From the NCBI GenBank assembly GCA_902763155.1, contig CACWQS010000007.1:3184-67183 (forward strand): a DNA stretch of 64,000 nucleotides, given 5' to 3'. The notes under the pieces were generated by a model. The model saw only the letters and a program-made list of their open reading frames with translations. It did not search any database and was not told the DNA's origin. This DNA comes from an uncultured Pseudomonadota bacterium. Lineage in GTDB: Bacteria; Pseudomonadota; Alphaproteobacteria; RF32; CAG-239. The position numbers were made by a program, and so were the translations under genes. Positions 51,312 to 60,794 of this stretch are shown here, piece after piece (within the stretch, counting starts at the first letter, position 1; the number at the start of each line of letters is the position of its first letter).

Positions 51312-51500
51312 CGGATGTTCGAAAACCGTCAATGATCAAGTAAAAACCGGCTCGGCTTATTTGGCCGGATAGCCTTATTCAGCCGACATCCGTCCAAAAA
51401 GAACAGAAGTCGGCATATATATTTAAGTCGCATATGCACACACGACTACTTGATTATTAGTAGGGTTTTCGACGCCCTAAGTATGTCTTTTCCATACCTA
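51284..51500 (-). ncRNA. c4/CI-like antisense RNA-attenuator leader B
   Basis: Minus strand: GTATG-GAAAAGA-CATAC hairpin; b1 TCGAAAACC (51464-51472) and a1 AATAATCAAGTA (51447-51458), complementary to b' GGTTTTCGA (51319-51327) and a' TACTTGATCATT (51331-51342); P1 GGACGGATGT/ACATCCGCCC; terminator CCCGCT/AGCGGG plus TATTTTTTT. Confidence 0.78.
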
Positions 51501-51545
51501 CTAGCTAGGTTATATGAAATTGAAACAAAAGTAAAGAACTATTTT

Positions 51546-51576
51546 AAAAACGCCTCACTTTTTATGTAAGGCGTTT
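51546..51576 (-). terminator. gyrA terminator
   Basis: aaacgcct/aggcgttt stem with a T-tract on the minus strand. Confidence 0.7.
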
Positions 51577-51600
51577 AAATTTTGTTGATTTCGAAATAAC

Positions 51601-54402
51601 TTAAGCATCAACTTCGTCTGTTTTCGGCTCGGCAATCACTTCATCTGCCATTATTTCGGCTGCCTCAATCTCGGTATCGGTTTCCTCATCTATTTCCTCA
51701 TCAGTGCCTTCATCAGCATCGAGTTTGGTTACCGAAACCACTTTCTCATCATCGGCGGTGCGGAACAAAATCACGCCTTGCGTCTTGCGTCCGGCAATAC
51801 GAATGTCATCTACCGGCATTCTGATTAACTTACCGCCGTCGGTTACCATCATGATTTCCTTATCTTCTTCTATCGGGAATGAACTGACAACTTCCTTATT
51901 ACGCGGCGACATTTCCATATTGGCAATACCTTGACCGCCACGACCGGTTACACGATATTCATACGACGACGAACGTTTACCATAGCCGGTTACCGTTACG
52001 GTGAGCAAAAATTCCTCCAACTCTTGCATTTGGGTAAATTTTTCCGGCGTTAATAAGTTCAACAAGCCGGTCTGATCAGCCGTCATGCAACTGATTTCGC
52101 CGGTTTCGGCATCAACCTTCTTCATGGCGCTTGAAATGCGGAGATACTCATCACGCTCATCGGCATTAGCGCTAATATGCTTTAAGATAGACATGGAAAT
52201 TACTTCATCTCCCTTGGCGAGTTTAATGCCGCGCACGCCGGTTGAATTACGTCCGACAAACACACGCAAATCGGCCACTGGGAAGCGAATACACTTACCC
52301 AAGCGCGTTGCCAACATAATATCGTTATTATTATCGCACAGTGCCACATTGACCAGTTTGTCGCCATCATCAAGCTTCATGGCTATTTTACCGTTAGCTT
52401 GAACGCGAACAAAATCCATCAAGCTGTTGCGGCGGATATTTCCGGTTGCCGTGGCAAAAGCAATCGACAACCCTTTGCACTCCTCTTCATTTTCCGGCAA
52501 CTTCATAATTGCAGTAATGTTTTCGCCGTTTTCCAGAGGAAGCAGGTTAATAAACGGCTTACCCTTAGAGGTCGGTGAACCGAGCGGCAACTTATAAACC
52601 TTCATCTTATAAACAATACCGCGGCTCGAGAAGAACAACACCGGTGTATGTGTGCTTGCCACAAACAGACGGGTAACAAAATCTTCTTCCTTCGTAGTCA
52701 TGCCCGATTTACCCTTACCGCCACGTTTTTGTGCCTTATAAGCATTAAGCGGTACACGTTTGATATAACCTTCTTCGGTAACCGTAACCACCATTTCTTC
52801 ACGCTGAATCAGCGATTCAATATCTTGGTTAAACTCGATATCTTCAATTTGGGTTAAACGCGGAGTAGCATATTCATCTTTAACAGCAACCAATTCATCA
52901 CGCATAATACCATAAAGTTTCTCACGGCTGGATAAAATCGAAAGATATTCTTTAATATCATCACCTAAAGCCACCAATTCATCGTGAATTTTATCACGTT
53001 CCAAACCGGTCAAGCGTTGCAATTTCAAATCCAATATCGCTTTGGCTTGGTCTTCGGAAAGTTGATACATACCGTTTTCAACCTTATGATCCGGTTCATC
53101 AATCAAATCTACCCATGAAGCAATACTACCGGCCGGCCACGGATTAGCTGTCAGGCGATCACGTGCATCTTGCGGTGTAGGAGCGGTTTTAATCAACTCA
53201 ATTACCGGATCCAGATTTTCTACCGCTATTGCCAAACCAACCAATACATGCGCTCTGTCACGTGCTTTATTTAAGCGATATACCGTGCGACGACGGATAA
53301 CTTCTTCACGAAATTCGATAAAGGTCGAAATAATGTCGCGCAAATTCATCATCATCGGGCGCCCGCCGTTAATGGCGAGCATATTCATCCCAAAACTGGT
53401 TTGCAGCTCGGTGTATTTGTAAAGCTGGTTCAAAATTACTTCGGCTTGGAAGTCGCGCTTAATTTCGATGACGATACGCACACCTTGACGATCCGACTCA
53501 TCACGGATATCGGAAATACCTTCAATGCGTTTATCTTTGACCAATTCAGCAATATGCGCCACCAAATTGGCTTTATTAACCTGATAAGGCACTTCATGAA
53601 CAATAATGGCTTCTTTATCCTTACGAATTTCTTCAATAGAGCATTTTGAGCGCATCATTACCGAACCGCGACCGGTTAAATATGCCTGACGCGCCCCGCC
53701 GTAACCTAAAATCAGTCCGCCGGTCGGAAAATCCGGTCCCGGAACAATTTTAATTAAATCTTCAATAGAAATTTCCGGATTATCAATATAGGCACAGCAG
53801 GCATCAATTACCTCGCCTAAATTGTGTGGCGGAATATTGGTCGCCATACCAACGGCAATACCGTTACCGCCATTAACCAATAAATTCGGAAAACGTGCCG
53901 GTAAAACGGTAGGCTCTTGTAATGATTCATCATAGTTCGGCATAAAGTCAACGGTATCTTCGTCCAAGTTATCGGTCAAGCAGGTGGCAACCTTAGCTAA
54001 TCTTGCCTCTGTATAACGCATAGCAGCGGCACCGTCACCATCCATCGAACCGAAGTTACCCTGCCCGTCAACCAAAGTTAAGCGCATTGAAAACGGTTGC
54101 GCCATACGCACCATAGCTTCATAAATTGAGCTGTCGCCGTGCGGGTGATATTTACCCATAACATCACCGACAATACGTGCCGATTTACGGTAAGGCTTGG
54201 TGTTATCATAGCCATTCTCAAACATTCCGTAAATAATGCGTCGATGCACAGGTTTCATACCATCTCTGGCATCAGGTAATGCACGCGAAACAATCACGCT
54301 CATGGCATAATCCAAATAGCTGCGGCGCATTTCTTCAGAAATCATGGTCGGGGCAATATTATCGGTTTTAACAACTTCGGTTGTTGCAATTTCTTCAGTC
54401 AC
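51601..54402 (-). CDS. gyrA: DNA gyrase subunit A
   Basis: [33 protein letters not shown], GyrA-box QKRGGKG, acidic tail. Confidence 0.98.
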   Translation of the reverse strand: MTEEIATTEVVKTDNIAPTMISEEMRRSYLDYAMSVIVSRALPDARDGMKPVHRRIIYGMFENGYDNTKPYRKSARIVGDVMGKYHPHGDSSIYEAMVRMAQPFSMRLTLVDGQGNFGSMDGDGAAAMRYTEARLAKVATCLTDNLDEDTVDFMPNYDESLQEPTVLPARFPNLLVNGGNGIAVGMATNIPPHNLGEVIDACCAYIDNPEISIEDLIKIVPGPDFPTGGLILGYGGARQAYLTGRGSVMMRSKCSIEEIRKDKEAIIVHEVPYQVNKANLVAHIAELVKDKRIEGISDIRDESDRQGVRIVIEIKRDFQAEVILNQLYKYTELQTSFGMNMLAINGGRPMMMNLRDIISTFIEFREEVIRRRTVYRLNKARDRAHVLVGLAIAVENLDPVIELIKTAPTPQDARDRLTANPWPAGSIASWVDLIDEPDHKVENGMYQLSEDQAKAILDLKLQRLTGLERDKIHDELVALGDDIKEYLSILSSREKLYGIMRDELVAVKDEYATPRLTQIEDIEFNQDIESLIQREEMVVTVTEEGYIKRVPLNAYKAQKRGGKGKSGMTTKEEDFVTRLFVASTHTPVLFFSSRGIVYKMKVYKLPLGSPTSKGKPFINLLPLENGENITAIMKLPENEEECKGLSIAFATATGNIRRNSLMDFVRVQANGKIAMKLDDGDKLVNVALCDNNNDIMLATRLGKCIRFPVADLRVFVGRNSTGVRGIKLAKGDEVISMSILKHISANADERDEYLRISSAMKKVDAETGEISCMTADQTGLLNLLTPEKFTQMQELEEFLLTVTVTGYGKRSSSYEYRVTGRGGQGIANMEMSPRNKEVVSSFPIEEDKEIMMVTDGGKLIRMPVDDIRIAGRKTQGVILFRTADDEKVVSVTKLDADEGTDEEIDEETDTEIEAAEIMADEVIAEPKTDEVDA

Positions 54403-54499
54403 TTTATACCTCTTCTTTATATTATATAAAACTAACTGAATATAGCAATTATGCCCGCAAATAAAAAGTTTTTTTTAACTGTTATCCACTTGTAAAAAT

Positions 54500-54745
54500 T
54501 TACTGAACAATTTGAGATATGTTTTCTTTGGTTTCTTCTTCAACAGTTTTAATTTCATCATCAGTTTTTTGCATAAAATTTTCATAAGCATCATGCATCA
54601 TTTGTTGCGCACTAACAGTAATTTTTTGTGCCGAACTTTGTAATGATTGTTCTACATTAGTACCGTCCGAAAACAGGTTTTTCAAAAAATAAAACAACGC
54701 CACCACAATAAAAATATAAATTGCATATCTAACCACTGTCCACAT
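54500..54745 (-). CDS. Small hypothetical membrane-anchored protein
   Basis: 81 aa, N-terminal TM, AAGGAG RBS. Confidence 0.65.
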   Translation of the reverse strand: MWTVVRYAIYIFIVVALFYFLKNLFSDGTNVEQSLQSSAQKITVSAQQMMHDAYENFMQKTDDEIKTVEEETKENISQIVQ

Positions 54746-55013
54746 CTTTTTTTCTCCTTTTATGAAAAATAAAATAAATCCTCTGATAAATTTTTCAATT
54801 AACTTATTGTATTAAGAGTTAATTATTTTTTGTCATTTTTTAGAAAAAAATGCTTGATTTTTTGTATAAATTTAATATAATTGTAAGTGATTATAGATAA
54901 TTTATATAATAATGATGCCTATTATTAGTGGTGAAAAATCTTTGACATAATTCATGGATGACATTGCGAAATTGGCATTATATTTGTTTGCAAATTTTAA
55001 AATTTCAAAAAAT

Positions 55014-55598
55014 ATGACTAAAAAAATGTTTTTCTTGCTCTGTGCGGCGATAGCTGTGCTGTTGGCAAGCGCTTTGTCATCCTGCGAAAAGGATTCTTAT
55101 CAAAAAAGTCCAATCACGGAAAAGTTTTTCAAGATTGTTGATGAAACACACATCAACACTTATGATCAACTGGAAATTCTGTGTACAGCAAACAAAGAAG
55201 TGTCTTTTGAAATTCGGGTCCAAGACGACCAATATGCAATAGACACTCTGTATATTGCTGAAGGTGAAGATATGGACCGGAATTTTATGTACGGTTCATA
55301 TGAGGACGATGCCGTTTTCGAGGATGAAAATATTTTATTTTCATTCAAATATCGTGATGCAGATGACGTTGTTAAAAACAGTGTCCGTGTTATCGGAATG
55401 TTGCAAAAATCACAAAGCAGCACCGCGGAAGATCCCGACTACTTACTTTGCAAGAGTGATGTTGTGCTGAAAGCAACTATTCAACCTATGGAGATGATAG
55501 GCAACAGAAAAATTGCCAAAGTCCTCTATGAACTGAAATGTGATAACATTGTGTTAGCCTCCGCAACACAGAATTTTCTTGTAATTAAGTATAAATAG
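55014..55598 (+). CDS. Hypothetical lipoprotein (Bacteroidota-style)
   Basis: MTKKMFFLLCAAIAVLLASALSS-CEKD lipobox followed by acidic/Lys residues. Confidence 0.75.
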   Translation: MTKKMFFLLCAAIAVLLASALSSCEKDSYQKSPITEKFFKIVDETHINTYDQLEILCTANKEVSFEIRVQDDQYAIDTLYIAEGEDMDRNFMYGSYEDDAVFEDENILFSFKYRDADDVVKNSVRVIGMLQKSQSSTAEDPDYLLCKSDVVLKATIQPMEMIGNRKIAKVLYELKCDNIVLASATQNFLVIKYK

Positions 55599-55602
55599 CA
55601 AT

Positions 55603-57294
55603 ATGAAAAAGATAATATTCACCATTGCGGTAATGCTGGCAACAATTATGCAGGCACAAACCTGTAAAATTTCGTCGGCAAACGGTCAAAAAACTGTCCG
55701 AATTTCAGTTAATCTCGACAGTTTGGAAGGCAAAACATTTGTAACCATCATTAACAACATTAAAGACAGTGTTGTCTTAAATATGTCATTGGATGAAGAA
55801 AATACCAATGTTCTGCCGATTACCGAAATGACTTGTGAAGACAGTAGCAAGGTAAATACCGCACAAAACATTAAAGAATTTAAACCTATCAAAGAAGAAC
55901 AAGCTATTTTCTCTGACAGCGCAGAAGTTGCTTCCACGGCAGAAATGCCACAAGACAGCTCTATTACCGGAGGTGTGTTGAACGCACTCGGGTTAGCTGA
56001 AGTCGGCAACCTTATTGGCGCACTCACCAACACCAACGGTGAGGAAGTTGATAAAATGGTGACGAAGGCACTCGTCGACGTCACTGTTGTCGATTCAACC
56101 AAATATATTCCGCAATATCCAAAACGGAAATGGAAACGGTTAAAGAATTATACTTCTTATACAAGGTTGAGTTTGTCAGGTATTTTCGGCCAAGATTTCG
56201 GAGATGATAACGACGATAAAGCTGAAGAAATTGATGCTGACGATTATGGAACCGACACGGAAAACAACAAAAATTTTGGCGGCAGTGCCGAAATTTCGCA
56301 AGTTTTCTTAAAAGGTAGCCATGATTCTGATGGTAAGTTTATTCCAAATCCTCTGAATTTTGCATGGTCTGTTGGCGTATTGTTTGCTATGGATCACCAA
56401 AAAGATTATGGCTGGAGTTGGGATGTTATGGCTAAATTCGGTATCCAAGCGGGTAAAGGTCTAACACTGGGGGCTGATGTTCTCCTTGGCGGCGGCGGTA
56501 CCAAATATACTATCTATTCAACCAATCGGGTTGACTATCGTGTGGTTTTCCATGACCAATGGTGTCTGAAAGCCGGACTTCAAGGTTGGATAAGTATGAA
56601 TGATGATGGAACAACATCTACTCGATTATTCGCAAGAATAGTTAAGTCATTTGAACCATCATCAATACATAACACGCCAACCGCTCCCGGTTGGGAAACT
56701 ACGTATGTCGATTTTGATGATGGCAGTTGGCAGGTAGGTTTTGCTGTCGATTACAAATTCGGTTTTAAGCCGAAGCTTGAAGACAATCGACTGTTAGCTT
56801 CCGTGTCAACCGGTTATAATCTATTCGGCGCAGATAAGGGACCGGTAATGCTTTATGAGTTGGAGAAAGTTACCCAAATATCGCCAATGCTGAGATTTAT
56901 GTATGGCCTTGGATATGAACAATCTTTGTCAGGTGAGCAGTTACAAAGCTTTACTTTGGGTGGAGGTTGGCTGTTCAAACTTAAACCGAAACAGAAGTTC
57001 TCTTATTTGGCAAAAGTTTTTGCCGGTTTAGGAGAATATATGGTGGATAAAAACTGTCAGTCTGCGGATAAAGATTTCAAAATGGCAGACACGAAAGTTC
57101 GCCAGCTTTGTCCAAAGATTGGTGTGCACCTGGGTATAGCCTACCAGAACAAGTGTAGCACATTCACTCTGGGGTTGAGAGGGGCTTTTCATAAAGGTCT
57201 TGACACCGAATACGAAGGATACGAAACCGCTGAAACCTCTAATCTCTCCGGTTTTGAACTGACACCGATGCTAGGGTACAGCCTCAATTTCTAA
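55603..57294 (+). CDS. Hypothetical outer membrane beta-barrel protein (Bacteroidota-style signal peptide)
   Basis: MKKIIFTIAVMLATIMQA-QT; amphipathic beta-strand pattern in the C-terminal two-thirds; ends LGYSLNF. Confidence 0.7.
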   Translation: MKKIIFTIAVMLATIMQAQTCKISSANGQKTVRISVNLDSLEGKTFVTIINNIKDSVVLNMSLDEENTNVLPITEMTCEDSSKVNTAQNIKEFKPIKEEQAIFSDSAEVASTAEMPQDSSITGGVLNALGLAEVGNLIGALTNTNGEEVDKMVTKALVDVTVVDSTKYIPQYPKRKWKRLKNYTSYTRLSLSGIFGQDFGDDNDDKAEEIDADDYGTDTENNKNFGGSAEISQVFLKGSHDSDGKFIPNPLNFAWSVGVLFAMDHQKDYGWSWDVMAKFGIQAGKGLTLGADVLLGGGGTKYTIYSTNRVDYRVVFHDQWCLKAGLQGWISMNDDGTTSTRLFARIVKSFEPSSIHNTPTAPGWETTYVDFDDGSWQVGFAVDYKFGFKPKLEDNRLLASVSTGYNLFGADKGPVMLYELEKVTQISPMLRFMYGLGYEQSLSGEQLQSFTLGGGWLFKLKPKQKFSYLAKVFAGLGEYMVDKNCQSADKDFKMADTKVRQLCPKIGVHLGIAYQNKCSTFTLGLRGAFHKGLDTEYEGYETAETSNLSGFELTPMLGYSLNF

Positions 57295-57336
57295 AATAAA
57301 AGAAGGCTCCGTTTTACGGAGCCTTCTTTTATTTTT
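57293..57336. terminator. Bidirectional intrinsic terminator
   Basis: aaaataaaagaaggctccgt-ttt-acggagccttcttttatttt perfect inverted repeat between convergent genes. Confidence 0.88.
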
Positions 57337-58808
57337 TACTTTATTTCTTTGCCATAAAGCAACCAATCATATACTTTAGATGATTTGCGCACACCGATAT
57401 TCATTTCATCGACTGTCATTTTCTCTTCGGTCAATGTGGCAAGGTTGCTAAACAACGAAGTCCCTAGCCCCAGACGGTGTCCGCTTATTTTGGCACCCAT
57501 ACTTTCAATAATCGTCGGATAAATATCAAACGGTGTAAATACTCTATTTTTTTCAGCAATTGCCGAAACCGCGCTGTTAATAAAAATATTCAGCGTTCGA
57601 CGTTTCATCTCCGGTTCAAACTCACCGCGCATCATCTGATGGTCGCCAAGCAGAACAACCGTGCTGTTTGCATAAAACGGCTGTTGCTTCAGCCATTCAA
57701 CAAATTGACCAATTTGAAAGTCGGAACACGACACCACATTTTTAAAATTCTTTTCGGTGCTATATTTATAACCGCAAACATCGCCTGAAAATTCCTGCGA
57801 ACCAAAATGCGTATCAAGCGTCATCATTGTAAAAACAAAAGGTTTATTTTCTTGAGACAAACGATTTAGTTCATCTTTTGCCTGTGCAAACAATTCTTTA
57901 TCCGGGATACTTCTGCTTTTTTCTTTATAAGACAATTTGCGTCCTTGTTCTCGAGCATAATACAAAGTATCTAACAAACGCTGATTTTTATGAGTTTCAA
58001 CAAAATGATTTAATCCGGCAAATTTACCGTTTGATCCCACCAAAAAACTCTCGTTATACCCTTCTTCTGCCAAAACATCATACAAGCACCAAGCATTCGG
58101 ATAGAAATCTCCCTTAGGACGAATCAGATTAACCTCTTTTATCGGTAATTGAATCGGAGCTCCGCAAGTTTTAGCAAACAAAGCGGCTTGCGTCCACTGA
58201 GTTCCATCGATTGCAAATTCCCCACCCAAATATTCACTATCGCTAAAACTGATATTTTCTTGAGCTAACTTATGCAATTGCGGTATTAAATCGTCCTGAT
58301 AATAATTATGTTCCGGCGTTTGAGCAAAAGTTGCTTCCATACTTTCCATAAATATCAAAATCAAATTACGCTTTTTATGAGGAAAGCTGACTTCTGCGTT
58401 TTGCGGCATCACATAGTATTGTTCGTAAAAATTAGACAGTTCCCTCTTGTATGAACGATATGTTATCATAGCCCACACATTCATGCGCCAACAATAATAA
58501 GCCACGCAAAAAACAAACCATACCAAACATAAAACCCAGCGATATTCATATATTTTGGTTCTGATACGCTCTATGGACGACCATTTCAGCCGATATTTTC
58601 CGGAAAACAAAAGCCAAAGCACCAAAACAACAATAGTTCCGGTCATCACCGTATTTTGTAAATAACTTAAAATCAGTCTGATTTCCGAATGAAACGGCAT
58701 ATTTAAATGAAACATTATTTGTTCATAAGTAACCGGACCAAATTTGCGAATAATCCAATTTGCTGAGGCAAAGAGCACATAACCGCAAAATATAATCAAC
58801 AAAGGCAT
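57336..58808 (-). CDS. Phosphoglycerol transferase I / LTA synthase family (MdoB/OpgB-like)
   Basis: NLILIFMESME, WTQAALFAKTCG, MTLDTHF, VLLGDH, RLGLGTSL; N-terminal TMs. Confidence 0.85.
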   Translation of the reverse strand: MPLLIIFCGYVLFASANWIIRKFGPVTYEQIMFHLNMPFHSEIRLILSYLQNTVMTGTIVVLVLWLLFSGKYRLKWSSIERIRTKIYEYRWVLCLVWFVFCVAYYCWRMNVWAMITYRSYKRELSNFYEQYYVMPQNAEVSFPHKKRNLILIFMESMEATFAQTPEHNYYQDDLIPQLHKLAQENISFSDSEYLGGEFAIDGTQWTQAALFAKTCGAPIQLPIKEVNLIRPKGDFYPNAWCLYDVLAEEGYNESFLVGSNGKFAGLNHFVETHKNQRLLDTLYYAREQGRKLSYKEKSRSIPDKELFAQAKDELNRLSQENKPFVFTMMTLDTHFGSQEFSGDVCGYKYSTEKNFKNVVSCSDFQIGQFVEWLKQQPFYANSTVVLLGDHQMMRGEFEPEMKRRTLNIFINSAVSAIAEKNRVFTPFDIYPTIIESMGAKISGHRLGLGTSLFSNLATLTEEKMTVDEMNIGVRKSSKVYDWLLYGKEIK

Positions 58809-58879
58809 GGTTTTATCCTTAAAATTCTCAAGTTAAGAATATTTATAATAATGTAATAATATTTTCGCAAGTAATTTTA

Positions 58880-59608
58880 TTGGTTTTATACATGAACTTT
58901 ATATCCGCAATTCATCCACAAAGTATTATTTTTATGCTTGAGATTACTTCAGGTATGGATTATGCCTGTATTAAAGGTAATAAAAATTTTAACGAGGCAA
59001 AATTGCAAAATACTCGAAAATCTTTACAAAAAGAAATAATCCGAAAAGCTGTTCATTTGAGTTCGCTCTGGATGCCGGCTGTAATTTATATTTTACCGCA
59101 ACCGATTGTTGTTTATTTGTTTGCGTTTCTACTTATTTTCGACTTTATTTTCGAATATGGTTACCATAAACGATATCGGTGGGCACGCAAAACATTTGGT
59201 ACATTGTTTTATAAAACACTACGCAACAAAGAAATACTTGACAGAAAGTTTCATCCTACAGGCTCAATATATGTATTGACAGCGGCACTTATTTGCTCAT
59301 ACTTTTTCGATAAGTACGCGGCAATTATAGGGCTGACGGTAATGTTGGTAGCGGACAGTGCTGCGGCGTTGGTCGGTAAGGCCTTCGGCAGGATTAAAAT
59401 ATACAAAAACAAAACTATTGAAGGCACATTGGCATTTTTCTTTTCTGCGATTTTGGTTAATATACTTCTAAGTCCTCTGCATCCTTTCGGAATATATAGT
59501 ATTCTTGCTTGCAGCGCAGCAACTTTGGCCGAACTGTTTGAAGATAAAATTAAAATAGATGACAATCTTTCTATTCCTCTGCTGACTGCCGGTATTTTAA
59601 GTTTGTAA
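58880..59608 (+). CDS. Phytol/dolichol kinase-like (CTP-dependent) membrane protein; start uncertain
   Basis: EIIRKAVH, ADSAAALVGKAFGR, KTIEGTLAF, IDDNLSIPL. Confidence 0.85.
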   Translation: MVLYMNFISAIHPQSIIFMLEITSGMDYACIKGNKNFNEAKLQNTRKSLQKEIIRKAVHLSSLWMPAVIYILPQPIVVYLFAFLLIFDFIFEYGYHKRYRWARKTFGTLFYKTLRNKEILDRKFHPTGSIYVLTAALICSYFFDKYAAIIGLTVMLVADSAAALVGKAFGRIKIYKNKTIEGTLAFFFSAILVNILLSPLHPFGIYSILACSAATLAELFEDKIKIDDNLSIPLLTAGILSL

Positions 59609-59620
59609 AAGGAATGTTTT

Positions 59621-60247
59621 ATGGCATATTGTAATTGGGGTAACACCTCGGAAGTAAATCAAAAATATCATGACGAAGAATGGGGAATACCGGTATATGA
59701 TGACCGCAAACAATTTGAATTTTTGATGTTGGAAGTTTTGCAGTGCGGGCTGAGTTGGAATATCATTATCAATAAGCGAGAGATTTTCCGACGTTGTTTT
59801 GATAACTTTAATTATGATAAAATTTCCGCTTACACAAATCATGATATAGCAAAGATTATGGCTTTTGAAGGTATGATTAAGAGTCCGCGCAAAATTACGG
59901 CAATTATTCATAATGCACAATGTTTTCAAAAAATACGCCAAGAATTCGGTAGCTTTTGCAATTATTTATGGGGATATTCCGATGGTAAAACGATTATTTA
60001 TGATAAACATGGTGATGGTTATATTCCGGTCAGTAACGGGCTGTCTGATATTATCAGTAAAGATTTAAAAAAACGCGGATTTAAATATTTAGGCACAATA
60101 ACTATATATTCTCATCTGCAAGCTGCCGGTATTATCAATGACCACGGCTCTGATTGTCCGCGTTATAAATTTATTTGCACACATTATCCAATGGTGCAAA
60201 AGCACCGCGACAAAGAAAAAAATGTGCAAAATTTCAGCAATAAATAA
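59621..60247 (+). CDS. tag: DNA-3-methyladenine glycosylase I
   Basis: YCNW, YHDEEWGIP, FEFLMLEVLQCGLSW, LKKRGFKYLG, GIINDH..DC. Confidence 0.93.
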   Translation: MAYCNWGNTSEVNQKYHDEEWGIPVYDDRKQFEFLMLEVLQCGLSWNIIINKREIFRRCFDNFNYDKISAYTNHDIAKIMAFEGMIKSPRKITAIIHNAQCFQKIRQEFGSFCNYLWGYSDGKTIIYDKHGDGYIPVSNGLSDIISKDLKKRGFKYLGTITIYSHLQAAGIINDHGSDCPRYKFICTHYPMVQKHRDKEKNVQNFSNK

Positions 60248-60259
60248 AGGGAGAAAAAA

Positions 60260-60787
60260 ATGAACGAAGTTATAAATGCTATCAAATCACGTCGCAGTAT
60301 TCGCCGATTTAATCCTGATATGGTGGAAGAAGGAAAAATTGAACAGATTGTTGAGGCTGGACTCTATGCGGCAAGTGGTATGAATAAACAAGCGACCAAA
60401 ATCATTGTTATTAAAAATAAGCATTTTCGTGATAAATTATCTGCTGTTAATGCTAAAATTATGGGACAAAATGATGGTATGGATCCGTTTTACGGTGCCC
60501 CTGTTGTATTAATCGTCTTAGCTGATAAAAATTGGTTCACCGGCATTTATGACGGATCATTGGTAATGGGTAATTTGATGCTGGCGGCACATTCTCTCGG
60601 TCTGGGCAGTTGTTGGATACATCGCGCTAAAGAAGAATTTGAAATGCCGGAATATAAAGAATTTCTAAAGTCTTTAGGTATTGAAGGTAATTGGGAAGGT
60701 ATCGGACATTGTATTTTAGGTTATGCAGCGGATGGAGAACCTATGCCTGCACCACGCAAAGAAGATCGCGTATATTATATCGATTAA
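60260..60787 (+). CDS. Nitroreductase family protein
   Basis: IKSRRSIRRF, AASGMNKQ, PFYGAP, NLMLAAHSLGLGSCW. Confidence 0.92.
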   Translation: MNEVINAIKSRRSIRRFNPDMVEEGKIEQIVEAGLYAASGMNKQATKIIVIKNKHFRDKLSAVNAKIMGQNDGMDPFYGAPVVLIVLADKNWFTGIYDGSLVMGNLMLAAHSLGLGSCWIHRAKEEFEMPEYKEFLKSLGIEGNWEGIGHCILGYAADGEPMPAPRKEDRVYYID

Positions 60788-60794
60788 ATAAAGC

